From: Bigelowiella natans CCMP2755
Taxonomy: Eukaryota > Protista > Cercozoa
Direction of reading: 5' to 3'
NCBI GenBank assembly: GCA_000320545.1
Contig: ADNK01000828.1
Span: 124,001 to 188,000 of the forward strand
Length of the DNA stretch: 64,000 nt
Position 1 is the first letter of the stretch, and each line of letters opens with the position of its first letter. Below are positions 26,994 to 40,045 of the stretch, in pieces. Below the pieces are notes generated by a model, which saw only the letters and a program-made list of their open reading frames with translations, was not told the DNA's origin and searched no databases. The position numbers and the translations under genes were made by a program.

Positions 26994-27319
26994 CTTCCAC
27001 AATTTCTTCTCCTGATATCAATACTACTACTTCTTCTTCTTCTACTACTACTACTACTACTCACTCCTCATCTTCTTCATCTTTGACTTCAATGTTTCTT
27101 GATATTCGCAGCACGGCAGGAGGTGGAAGAGCAGTGACATAGCACCCCTAATCATAATAATAATAATCATCATCATCATCATCATCAACAACAACATCGT
27201 GTGGTGCTGCGGTGTTATCTTATCATTCCTGAACCGTCATGTACTTATCGTATTTCATCCAGTTAGCATCGATTTATGTTCAATACAACACACACACACA
27301 CACACACACACACATGATA

Positions 27320-27359
<40 letters not shown>

Positions 27360-28640
27360 CGTTGCTGTTGCTACAGCAGTGATGAGGTTTTCGCCTAGAG
27401 AGAGCTGTTGTTATGATTGCAAGGAGGCGGTATCTATCAGTTGTCAGCAGCCATGAGGATGATAAATGGGTACGGTGGAATAACATAACAGACAAAAAAA
27501 GAAAGAGATAGAAGAGGATAAGGAGGAGGAGGAGGAGGAGGAGGAGGAGGAGGAGGATTATGGTAGAGTAGTAGATCAGCATGGATTTAATAATCAACGA
27601 TTCTATGAGACCTTTACTGTAAGACCGAAGGCAGCATTCAGTCCCAGCACACGCAACTGATACATATAAATTTATTGGTCAGAATGATGATGTCGTTGAT
27701 ATGATGATTAGACAGTACAATAGCAGTGTGATAGGAAATAATAGTATTACATGTCGTCCTTTGTACTTATAATGCATGTATACTCTTCACACTTCTTTCA
27801 GCTATGGAAAATAATCAACGTTTAAACCAGAACTAACTACAACAACAACGCCAGCAATTACTATCTACACCATTAATATTATATCATAAACAATAAACAT
27901 CAAACTAACCTTGTATATCAACTGCCGATATAAGTCGTATTGAATAAAGAGAATATTCTCGCTGACCTGATGATGACGATGAAGATAAGGACGATAACGA
28001 CAATTACACGGTTATAATATGGTGTAGAAATCACACCTGCATTGCCATTGGCTCTCCCTGTAGCTTGGAAAGATGACGGCACACTCTTGCTTCCACAAGT
28101 TGTCGTGAATCCCGAAGAATCAAAGGTAGCAATGGCGACGAAGAAGAAGAAGAAGAAGAAGCAAGATGGGGCGACGAGGGTGCGTCTCCTCTATGAGCAC
28201 CTCCAACACTATCAGCACCATTACCACCACTAGTTCTGGCAGTCGCAGTTGTAGGAGAAGAAGGTGTAGTGTTTGCATTAAAATTCAAACTAGATGATCT
28301 TGTCATCTTCCCTTTCTGCTGTGCTGCTGCCGCATAGTAAGGGTCAGGTGGAGGCACTACAGTAGATAGTACAGTTTCGGGCACACAATACCCCCTGTTT
28401 GAATGTTTGGTTGTTTGTTATTTAGTACAAGAAGTAGTATTAGAGGGGGGGGAGGAGGAGGAGGAGGAGATTGTGCTCACATCATCATGATGAAAGGTAA
28501 GAAACTAACCAAGAAATGACAAGCGACACCCAATAAGTACACATAGATATATGGGATAGTAGCATGTTCTTCTCCTACTCCTTATTATCTCTACTTCAGG
28601 TAGTACGTGCACACCAATTGTGTTTCTACGATTACTACCG

Positions 28641-28673
<33 letters not shown>

Positions 28674-28999
28674 ATACTAATAATAATGATTGTACTCGAG
28701 GCAGCATCTGCATCCTGCAAGAGAAGACTGAAACACACAGTAAAATCATAGCAGCCATCAGCATCTAGTCAAATATGAGGATGATGATACATGGTGCATA
28801 TCTTGTATGATGATGATGACGATAATGATGATGATGATGATGATGACAGTGAAGTAGTAGCAGCAGCAGGTAGTGGTGAGTATGATCAAAGCAGCTGCCA
28901 GTAGTAGTAGTAGCAGCAGTAGTAGTAGTAGTAGTAGTATATTGTTGACTGTTATACTATACCACCTTGGATAAGCCAGAACGTCTTGAAAACCTATCG

Positions 29000-29037
<38 letters not shown>

Positions 29038-29092
29038 GACTACTGTAATTCGTAGCATAGATGCGAGAGATTGGTTGATCTTATGGAAGAGA

Positions 29093-29127
<35 letters not shown>

Positions 29128-29884
29128 TTACGGGCTATGGAAGTAAGAACATGGAGGAAGTTGTTGTTGAGAGTAGTAGGCCCTGCTTTGATCATGAGTG
29201 CCACTCGCTTGAGATAGTAGAATGATAATAATAATAATAAGAAGAAGAATAAGAATAAGAATAAGTAGCAGTAGTAGGAGTAGTATAAGGAGGATATCAA
29301 TGATGACGATAATGGCAATCAAAAAGTTATTATATTTATGTTAATGCTGTTGTTTTGGTTGAGGATAAATATTGTTCATAGCCATCGTTAACCCTCTTTA
29401 TTACAAAGATAAGACTATAAGTTGTTGTTGTTTAAAATCTACGTCAAAGGCTAATGAGCTTCATTTATGTTATTTTATTACTCCTCATTATTCTTCTGCC
29501 TCGTGATCTTCTTCTCTTTTCATTTTCCGTGAGAATCTGATAGGAGAATACAGTCGGTGCAATGAATAGCACGACTACAACTAGCTAGTAGTAGTGACAA
29601 TATTATTAATAATAATAGTATTAAATATGAAAATAATATTCTGCAAAAGCAACTTAACGATGGGTCCTCTTCTCTTGATCATGATTCCTCGTCTCTTATC
29701 TTTGTGTTCGTTGGTGCTGTTGTCGTTATTACCCTTATTGCTGTTCCCGACGCAGATAGGATGCATACGTCGTCGTATATCGTGGCCCTCTCACAGTACC
29801 TAAGGCAGATGATGCAGCAGATAGCAGTAGCAGTAGCAGTAGCTATGAGAGGACTAATCTTCTATCTATCTTATGTGTGTTTGG

Positions 29885-29917
<33 letters not shown>

Positions 29918-31430
29918 CCATTAACAACAGCAGCAATAACATATACTACGTTTTGCAAGAAAGCATGGGCACTGTGATTCTGATTGAAATTGAAGATAAT
30001 TCGAATGATCGTGATGTTGATAGGTTTTATAATAATAATAATAATACCCCAGTACATGGGAGCACTGAAGCGATTGTGCATGAGATCTGGTGATGATATA
30101 AACACATAACATAATGATTAATAAACCCAACAACTCTATCTTGCCGTTGTCCTCCTCCTCCTCCTCCTCTTCCTTCTCCAACACACGAAGACAATCACTA
30201 CTGAGCCAGAGCAGGTACATACCTGATCTCGTCCCGCACCTCTGACCACCATTCATCCTAACGATATCATGTTGTTTGTTGTTGACGACGTAAAGAAGAA
30301 GAAGAAAATATGGATCATGAAACAATAACATCACAAGAAACAATAACATCACAAGGAGGAGGGAGGAAAAAGAAGGGGGGGGGGGGGGGGGGAGAGAATT
30401 GGTCCGACTCTCAAATCTTGCTTTGCTCTCTTTCCAGTGATGAGGCGCACTACACGTGCATTTACAGCCTATAAAAACAAAGTAACAATACATTAGAAGG
30501 CCTGGAGAAGAACATAACAACAATAAGAACAATGATAGCCATCACCACCACTTTCACCATTCTAGGATGTTGTCGTAGTCGTATTATGTGTACTGCTACT
30601 GCTACTGCTACTACTGTTACTACTACCCCTCCAAGCAGGTATTTTCCATTATCGGGAGGCAGTTGGTCAACCGTCAAAAATTCTACGGCAAATTTCTAAT
30701 GATAATGCATAAAACGAAGAGAAAGGATAGTCATCATCATCATCATCATCATCATCATCACATTTGTCTGCTTGCACACAGGACCAAACATTCCCGACAA
30801 CAACACATCGTTGTCTGTCATCATCATCGTTGTGGTCGCATAAAAATGATGATCTGATGCACCAAACCACCAATCATTTAAGCATTTCTCCTCCTCCTCC
30901 TCCTTCTCCTCCTTCACTGCTGCTGCTACTACTACTACTACTACTACTACTAGCCCTCTGGGTGAGTGAGAGAGGAGCCTTACGATAATACTAATATTAG
31001 CCTAATATTGCTCACACCAACCAGCTTACCAGCACCACCACCACTACTACTACTACTACCTGTTTCTCCTGTCTTCTTGACACAAGAGGCGAAGACCGAG
31101 GGAGGAGGGGAAAGAGTCCACTGTCTTCTCGATGCTGCTTTCGCTGTGTATTTTTGCACATGCTAGTTGTCAGATTGATCATAAGTACGATCAGTGATGT
31201 AGCAGCGTATGATGATGATGATGATGATGATAAATAACGACGAACGGTAATAGTACAATGTGATAAATACAAGCTGTATTATCTACTACAATGGAAACAA
31301 CAATGAGCAATACTACCTCCCCTCCTCTTGTTCTCTGCTTGTAATCTGTACTTCTACCGCCGCCGATTTTCTTGCTCTTTTTCACTTTATGCTCATCCAT
31401 TGCTTCGACTTTGCTGTTAGGGTATGGACT

Positions 31431-31465
<35 letters not shown>

Positions 31466-33249
31466 GAGTACATCATTATGTGACCTTGAGGACTTCATAC
31501 TATTATCACCAAACTAGTAGTACTAGTAGTAGTAGCAATACCTGAGTAACACTGCTGTACCATAGCCCCGTGCTATCACACCATGGGAGCCTGTTAGGTA
31601 AGTAGTAAGATCAGATCAATGCAATCAAACATTCAAGGATGATAATAATGATGATGATGATGATATTATCAATACTCTCCACAAGGACCTCGACGACACT
31701 GTTCTTCATCGTGCATGAATATTATTAATCATAATAGATGATGACTGACTCACAGGCTGATGCATCAAGGATGGATGGATGGATGGATGGATGGTCAAAT
31801 AGTAGAAAGATGTCTCGTAAGCTATTTTTACCTTCAAAGTCGATATCAAACCGATATCCAATCACGGAGTTGGCTCCTGCATATAACCGAAGAAATTATT
31901 GAGAAATATGGCAAAGAAAAGCTGCATGGTTGACTCGTTACTCTGTGAAGCTGCCTACTTTTTAACTTAATAAGAGCTCCTCCTCCTCCTCCTCCACTTA
32001 TCCACTATCATTAAATACTTTTACTAACTACAGAAGAAAACGACGCCCAATATGATGACAAAATGAATCACTCACTACTGAGGAAACCACACCTAAAGCA
32101 GAAGCTTTTCTGGAGATGTTCTGTTTCACCTGAATTATTGATGACACCGATGATGATGGTTGTGGAAGAGGATGAGGACGTATCTAAGAAAGTATCAAAA
32201 AAGATATCCATTATTTATAGATTTACGCATCTTGCTTACTTGCCCCGCCATTTGATAAAAAAGCAACTGTCTTGATTCATTTGTCCTGATTTGAACAATG
32301 TTTAAGCCATCGTCACATAAGCACCGAGCAAGATGATGATGATGACGACGACGACGACGATGATGATGACTATGCTGCTGCAACGTGGTGATGGGTTCTG
32401 TTGTAGCAGAAGGAGTACTAGTGACGATGTTCGTCTACTGATGCTGCTACTCTATGTAAAAGTGATGGTGATAGTGATGGTGGTGGACTGCTGTGTGAAT
32501 ACTGAGCAGTGATGGTTGTAGTTGTAGTAGTAGTAGTAGTAGTAGCAGTGCTAGTACAATTTACAAATGCTACTACTTCTACTTATCCTTTTCAAACGTT
32601 TTGTTATGTTATTTGCATTATTACTTTCGTGCACCGGATATAAGCCCTTGCCATCTGTGCTCAGGATCAGCACTCACAATCAACTCATCCACAAAACCAC
32701 AGTATCTACGTTGTTGTATTATCCAAATATCGTATTGTTTCATCTTCTCTTTAAGTTGATAATGTTCAGAATAAATAGAAGAAGAAACCTTGTAATATTA
32801 TAGCCTTCAATCAGAGATGCAGAGTAAAATTGTGGGCACAACCCTAAAATTGTGTTGGCGACGAAAACGACGACGGCAATTATGTTTTCAAGCAAATCTT
32901 TGCAATCATCAAACACCAACGACAAATGAATATAAATATAATTTGTCCTATAGATCAGCCAGCTGCCGACAGACCTGCAACTCGTTGCACACGTACTTGA
33001 ACATACAAATGGCCAACGATACCCTATATACCCACAAATCCTTGATGAAGAAATGAAGGACGAAGACCAAGAGGATCATCACCGCTTGAGCGGCAAACAG
33101 CACTAACCTACTCACTGCGTACCTTTAGAGTGTCATACACTGGAAACCATCCTTGAAGACGTTGGGCAGCTTTCTGTTGTCAGTTAAAAACAACAACAAC
33201 AACAACAACAACAATATATTAGCAGTGAAGTAACCGATTCAGTACAATC

Positions 33250-33297
<48 letters not shown>

Positions 33298-33822
33298 TAA
33301 GGTACGTCATCGCTGCTGATCATTGATTCCAAAGCGATGACCACTGTCCCGATGGGATCATTCGCAGTGAATGTATCCTAATGAGGAAAAAAAGCCCAGG
33401 GGGGGACACACCAGGAGAGGTGAGAACAGCAATAAGATAGAAAGAGGAAGACGATGACGATTAATACGACAACAACGCAAGGAGTCGAGAGAATGGAAGA
33501 ATAATTATACAATTACCTTGTCAAAAACTGTGAGTCTGAGCGGGTTTTCGTAGATTAAGGATTCATCCATGAGCTTAAAACGAAAGCTTTGGTTCCAAAC
33601 TGGATCGAGGCTATTGTAACAAATTCTTGTCTCGCGTTTCAAATTTTGATTGCTTCCATCCCCAAGGCGTATAAGAACGTATGCATCAGTCGTATTTCGG
33701 GTTGAGTCCATGACAGGAAGATTACGAGCGCCATAAACTCGCACCTAACAGATGATGATAAATTAGGGCGCGCTGTCGTGAAATGAATTAAATGTTTCTC
33801 CTACCATGACAAGAGCCGCCAT
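21553..33822 (-). CDS. C2CD5: C2 domain-containing protein 5 (C2CD5)-like, about 12.3 kb, microsatellite-filled introns
   Basis: MAALVM/VRVYGARNLPVMD...TDAYV...LDPVWNQSFRF...VFDK/DTFTANDPIG.../GWFPVYDTLK; GFVDELIVSADPE; GANSVIGYRFDIDFE/GSHGVIARGYGTA; VSENILFIQYDLYRQL; LGLNAAFGL; final exons ARAQVFAKGGNALLSY / YSIMSLSGDAV. All are in C2CD5 order. Confidence 0.9.
22480..33300. repeat. Dense microsatellite field: (TA)n, (TG)n, (GA)n, (GAT)n, (TAG)n, (GAG)n, (GAA)n, (CAA)n
   Basis: Dozens of perfect arrays of about 25-40 bp in C2CD5 introns and exons. Similar fields occur at 10850-14030, 41380-44470 and 48600-64000. Confidence 0.95.
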
Positions 33823-34060
33823 TACGGCTCGACTGTGTAATCGGAGAGTATGGCCAAGCTTGTGTGTGCGTGCTTATGTGTTCTTCCAAGAGTCTATGCG
33901 AGCACGAGAACGAATGTTGATCAGAGAGTGTATCTAGAGAAATTACACCTGTCTATAGAAGTATAATATCGGTAAAACATCTACTTTTTTTTTCCTATTA
34001 AACTCATATTACTTCTTCGCGGTGGTAGTGGTTAATGGTTGTTTATAGCAGTGAGGAGCT

Positions 34061-34842
34061 ATCACTGAAACATCTGCACTTTTTGTTCCATTTTGCCAAG
34101 AAGCCTTTGATGCTCCTGACATGCTGCATGCCAATGTCATCATTTTTCATTGCTCGTCGCACGTTTCTTTGTTGAGTGTTTGTTTGTTTGTTCGTGCAGA
34201 GCAGCAGGGATGTGACATCAAGTGTTCAATGCTCAAATCACAATTGGTGCCTGCGCATGCGGCGACCATGTCGATGCAAAGTTCAGTTCAATCAACTCAC
34301 TTGAAATCGTCACAAAATGGCAGTGCACAACTGCAGGGCTCTCGTTCATTGTCTTTTCACACACTTTGCTCCTCAGTTTTGTTCCTGGGTTCTGCACGCA
34401 CCAGCGCACGCTGCAACGTGCCGTCCTGGCGTGGACTGGCTGCACGTCAGCATGGCCTGATTGCCCGATTTCCAAAGTTGTTCTGCGAAAACGTGCAACG
34501 TCGTGGTCACCTCACGTTCGTTGACTTCCGTGCGACCCTCGTCACGAAGTCCAGAAGTGCTGGAAAACGTGACACATGCAAGCTGCTTTGTGTGATCGTG
34601 AGAGAGTGGCACCAGCAGCAGTGAAGCTCTGATGCCACACGTTCGACAACGACCGCCGCAGCTAGGCAGGCCAGCTAGCCAGTCTAGCAGTGCGAGCACA
34701 GCGAAGTGAACGACAGAAAAGTGCGCAATGAACGATGGAATGCGGCTGTGCGCACGCCGCTGGAACCAGCTGCGTTCGTGCAATGACAACTAGCTAGCTA
34801 GGTGCTGCACACTGGCACAATGCGCAACGTGAATGGCAATGT
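34061..34842. other. TpA-depleted intergenic island 1
   Basis: No TA dinucleotide between the TA at 34060-61 and the TA at 34663-64. The 6 TAs from there to 34842 are all inside CTAG. Confidence 0.95.
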
Positions 34843-35184
34843 GTATGAGTGTGACGCATGCCTCTTTGAATGACAAAGGTTCGTCACTGCTAGTGCGGTA
34901 CCTAACACAGGCATGGGTTAATGTGCAAGCCTAGCAATCGATGAAATAGATAGCACATCTGACATCATGTCTGCTACTCGATTGTGCTTTGTTTGAATGC
35001 GATCATATGATTTAGCTCGACAAAACTAATCAATAGTTATGGCATGTTTTCGTTGTGATGAAGTAATGAGCGTAAGATGAGGCTGAAAGATAGTGTGCTT
35101 TATCATGCTAATCAAATCTACTACTAGATTAGATCCCTGGGGGGTTGCGCATGATGGATAGCAGTTGACTTATCATCTGCATCT

Positions 35185-37987
35185 TTAATCTTTCTTATCA
35201 CCGTTTAGGGACAGAGGGTTGCCTTTTACATCTAAGTCAGGGAGTGATTGGTGCGAATTCAAATTCCGCTCCCAGATTCTCATCTCTTGTAAAGTGTTCG
35301 AAATGGACGGGAACAATGTTTTTTTCGACAAAGCAGCGGCTAACAGAAGCTGCTCTGCTTGGGCATCGGGAGCATTCAGAACGATAACATCTGGTGGGAG
35401 TCCAGATGCAGCTCCATGCCGGCTTCGAGCACGCAATCTTCCATCCCCATCTCCATCTTCAGGTTCATCGAGTGTTTGTAATATGACACGGCAGTCAGGC
35501 ATTTCTCCGTTGATATGTATGGCAACTTCCTTCGCAACACGGTAATTCAAGAACACGACGAGAACTTTTACCTCGTCAGTAATCATTTTGCTGACATACT
35601 CAAGCAATTTTGTGACTTCACCGCTATTTAGGTCGCCGCTTTTATCTTTACCGTCTTCTTCGTCTTGTTGTCCTGTGGTAGATACTCTCTTGCTAGCATC
35701 GAGAAACATGCATTCCCATCCGACCTGTCCAAGTCCCTTCATGGCCCTTCGCACCATGCTGGTTTCTTTCATAGCTAAGACAACTACTTTCCCTCTTCTC
35801 CGTGGCGGTTGTCTGCCAGCTTCTGCCAATGTCCAAAGAGCATGTTTAAACAAAGGAGGGCCCACCACCTGGTTCAAGACTACCATTGCCACGATCAGTG
35901 TTGCAAAATCCGCTCCCCATTCAGGAAATTGGCCGTGGACTTTTTTGGCCAACCCTAGGGCCACACCAGCCTGTGTGACGTACGCATACCAAGCCATCTT
36001 ATTGTGATGGTTTGGTTCATTTGCAATCCACCCTCCAAGAAATGCGCCGCATATCAGGCTTCCAATTCTCACCACGAAAAACAGCATGGAGATGCCGAAG
36101 GTATTCCCAAATGAATCAAGTCCGAGAGAAGCACCAACCAGGGTAAAGAACATCACATACATCACCTGCGCGGTTCTATCCAGAATCTCATGGAATTGTT
36201 TGCTGTAAGGTGTGTGGTTTGCTATCGTGTATCCTGCCACCATAGCTATGATAAGAGCGTCCAAGAGGTCATCATCGTAGTGATCTAGAATGAAAACTAG
36301 AAGTCCAATGGCAAGAAGTATGACAACTTGTGCATGGTGGATGTATGCAGTGTATTTGCACTGCCCTAACCTAGAAGGCCACCACCAGAGGGCATAAGGG
36401 CAGATAAATTTGCCCATAAAAGCCCCTAACAAGCTCGAGAGGATCAACCGTGCTATAGACTTTCCAAATATCTCGGTTGAGTTCTTGCCATTGTCGAATT
36501 GACTGCTTGCAATTAGATTGTTCACTGCAAACATGAAAATAACCAGAACATCCATGACGCATGTGACCGCCATTGTTAGCACTGTAAAGGGGCCTGAGGC
36601 CCTTAAGTCATCAATAATAGCGATAGCTGAAGACGGAGACCTTGCGCAAGCCAGAGTACCAACAAGTATAGCTACCCCTCCCTGCTGTGATGCTGTGAGA
36701 TCTTTTGTGAATTCAAGATCCGGGGAGATCAACACCATGACGAGAGTCACCATCGAAAATGTAAACAGCACCAGACAGAGAGTCACCGTGATAATGCTCC
36801 GCCCTAAATCAAATCAATCAAGGTTTGACGATGAGATTGCTTCCATTTTACTCAATTGTTTGGCACCTTCATATGTACAACCGAGAGAGATGATTACAAC
36901 TAAAAGCTAGCTACCTCTGAAAATATATGACTTAAATTGCTATTTTTTGGTCCTTTCGAACGTTTACCTCCTACTATGGGTTTGGAGCCCGCAGCAAAAG
37001 CAATATATGCCAGAGAAACCTTATAAAGCGTGGAATTATCACGTCTTTAATCATGATAAAGTAACGATGATATTGATGGTGACAATGAAAATTTCTAGAC
37101 CATTTTGCTTATAATTCTCCCGTTAACTAGCTCTCAATGTCGTCGTCCTCAATTACTTCCATTGACAACTAATCACCCGTACCCGCCCAAAAACCCACCC
37201 AGCACCTTGTCAATAACATCTAAGTTCCTAATCTCGTCCTCCGGAATAATGCCGAGACAGTATCCTCCCGCAAGCACACCTTGCACCAATCAGACAAATT
37301 TTGAATGAGAGAGAAACTAGCTTCGAGGACTTCCCCCTTCCTCCCTCCCTCCCTATTTCAACAACTAAATGGTGTTAATACCAACGCCAATATACGCTGT
37401 GATCTTGGGCAATCCAACCTGTGAGCGCAGTATGGTATATCATCGGTTGGTGCTGGTGCTGGTGGTGTTTCACATTAGCTTCGATATAAATTTAGAATAA
37501 TACAATTTCGAATAACTGGTTAAATCATTTGATTGGTGGCACCTTTGGGGCGACATTGCCCATGACCCATGACGCAATAGCAACAATGGCGTACCTTAGT
37601 TGTTGTTGTACATCTTTTGTCATAACAATTGCTAAATGGATAGTAAATCAAACCGCCTACCCTAGTATCAGGCGAATGCTAGGATTTCCGAACACATTAA
37701 TATTTTCGCAGGTATCTCCGTCAAATCCAACAGGGCATTGGCAGGTCATTGAATCCGTGCAGAAACCATCGTTCTTGCATTCATTCTCGCAAATGGCTGT
37801 TTACCAACATATTTCAGATTTCAAAACAGATAGGTTAGATTGTCGTTAGAACATACGGGTTTCGCAATTGGATCCGGAATATCCCGAGTTGCAGACGCAC
37901 GTTGAATTTTGCAGACTTCCGTGTCCATTACAATCGACTACAGAAAAAGAAGAACACACAGATGAAGGAAGCAAAGGGGCGGATTCA

Positions 37988-38023
<36 letters not shown>

Positions 38024-38024
38024 T

Positions 38025-38067
<43 letters not shown>

Positions 38068-38241
38068 CGCGCGCATGCGTGTACATTTATGTATATACTA
38101 TCAAGAAGTGCAGTCATGCGCTCTCTGCTCCGCAATTGATCATCAGCTACCTGCGTAGACTGGGTTCGCTGTGAATAATAACACGGAAAGTGGGAACATA
38201 AAGTGCCACGGAGTAGTAGACGATGTGTCCACTAACCTCAT
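35185..38241 (-). CDS. Cation/H+ antiporter (CPA, Na_H_Exchanger-type) with signal peptide and two N-terminal EGF-like domains
   Basis: MRLVD...FPLSVLLFTANPVYA / VDCNGHGSLQNSTCVCNSGYSGSNCET / PICENECKNDGFCTDSMTCQCPVGFDGDTCE, then VGLPKITAYIGVG/VLAG, VSLAYIAFAAGS, ARSPSSAIAII, TCVMDV, FFTLVGASL and TQAGVALGLA, followed by a soluble C-terminal domain. Confidence 0.88.
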
Positions 38242-38859
38242 GAGAGAAGATGAAGGAACCTTTAACATAAATAATGCTCGAGAGTCATTGCCGCAGACAA
38301 ACGATGCCCTAACAGAGCAGCCAACAACTGCCTGATACCCAATTCATACATCGCAGCAAAGGAGGACACCATTTCGGCTTCGATTGGCACGTACCCGAAA
38401 CTCCGGTTATTTATGTCGCTTGACTAGTAAACTTGGAGAAGTAGTCTTCCAGCTACACAGATCCCGGCGGCGGCGAAATGGGGAGGGCGGGTTGAGGGAG
38501 AGAGCACCGGAATTACAAGAATAGAGTTGTCCTTTTTAAGACCTAAATATTAAGGATAAATGCTGTCGCTCTCGCTAAAAATGCAACACGTAAAGGTGAA
38601 TTTTCCTCAGATCAGCTTGCACGCTCAACATAAAAAGAAGTCAAAGGAGAAAATTCTATGAGATATTTTGGACCTTGTCTTAACCAATCTCCCCCTATTT
38701 TGCCTGTGTTTTTCATCAAGCGACAAGGAAGGAAGGGCAACGATGTGACGTGCGAGCACTCCTGGCCAAAATCGGAGGACAATGAAACTGGGAATGGAGG
38801 AGTGGCCAAATTGCCATTCTTGATTCCTTTTTGTTTCACTAGTTAGTTCTCACTAGCTG

Positions 38860-40045
38860 CCAAAGTCAGTTCGAGGCACAGTTTTCAGTCCTCACTGAAG
38901 CCAGTTCGAGGCACTGCACTTCGCACACTGGAAGTGTCTTGTCACACTGCTTTGGAAGTGCAGTTTTTCATCATTGTTCTCATTGTTCTCGTGGATGACG
39001 AGTTGGCATGTCTGACCTTTCGAATCAACCTCAGAACCACTTCATGCATTCATTCATTCATGGAAGCAACCCTCAATTTTCACAATGGTCTCCCTCCAAT
39101 GGAAACACTTCTTTCTTTTTCCTTGTTGATTGAGGAGAAACGAAGTGGATGAGTTGGCACATCGTCCGCGGCCAATGACCCTTCGTTTCGCAGTTGCACC
39201 GTTGGAATGACTTCGTTCATTCATTCATCTAGTCATTGCGGCTGACGTCGGCCAGGTGGTGTTCCAGTGGTGCCTGGTCTACTGGCGACACCATGGTCAG
39301 TTCAGAGTTGGGTGCTTCAATTCTCTGGCTGGTGCGCACGTGTCTCGCGTGAGAAACTGGCACTCACAAGGATGCAAAAAAAAGTGAAATACTCGCGATG
39401 ATGTTTGTCACAGTGAGTGTCACTGCACGTTGGGCTTGTTTCCTGAGTGGTGCTCACAAGTGCAGTCCAGCAGTCCAGCAGTGCGTGACTGCACACGCGT
39501 GCGTTCCACGCGTGCCAGCCTGCAGCCTGCTGCGCTGGCCTGTTGGCCTGTCAGCCTGTGTCATCTGTCAGCTTCCCTGGCTAGCTAGCTGCTCAACACG
39601 TGCATCATTCTGCAGAAGTCATGCCACAGATCATTGGCATTCCAATTGTGCGCTGTCATGGAGCATGCGCCATGACATGCAGCTGTGCGGGACGCCTCAC
39701 TCAGGCAGTTGGCATGGAAATGCGTCTTTTTCGTGGTGCTAGCTTGGCTAGTTGGTCTAGAGGGTGGCGTGGTGGCATTTTTTTTCTTTTTTCACCACCA
39801 CGTGGTAGCAGGAAAGTGCATGCCGCATGACGCAACGTGTGCACACTTGCTTGCGAGTTGAAATGACATAGTCGCAGTTTTGGAGTTGTGCAAATGTGCA
39901 CGCACATGTGCAAGTGCATCTGTGCACGTTCTTGCTTTGTCTCTGTTGAATGCTCCTAACTTCAAAGTGAACAAGACATTGTCCACATGCATGCTGACGA
40001 AACAGACAAAGAACATGCGCACAGTTTTTCACATCTTTGATCAAA
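38860..40045. other. TpA-depleted intergenic island 2
   Basis: About 11 TA in about 1190 bp, 6 of them in CTAG; 38860-39229 has none. Confidence 0.93.

Noticed and set aside
22544-32383. Many short ORFs with poly-L/I/M/D/YI/VC tracts that look like membrane peptides
   Set aside because: They are translations of intronic microsatellites or antisense frames of C2CD5 exons.
34121-34789. Four overlapping ORFs on both strands (up to 167 aa)
   Set aside because: All lack Tyr and are Cys/His-rich. They arise because loss of TA removes TAA, TAG and TAY codons. No recognisable domain.
35219-36910. Plus-strand ORFs of 108-139 aa
   Set aside because: Antisense to the large antiporter exon.
38867-38914. 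13-bp direct repeat cagttcgaggcac as a possible CRISPR, tRNA B-box or transposon end
   Set aside because: Only two copies, with no cloverleaf, spacer array or matching distal end visible.
34061-40045. CpG methylation decay or classical RIP as the cause of the TG/CA excess in the two islands
   Set aside because: CpG is plentiful in the islands, and RIP increases TpA rather than removing it.
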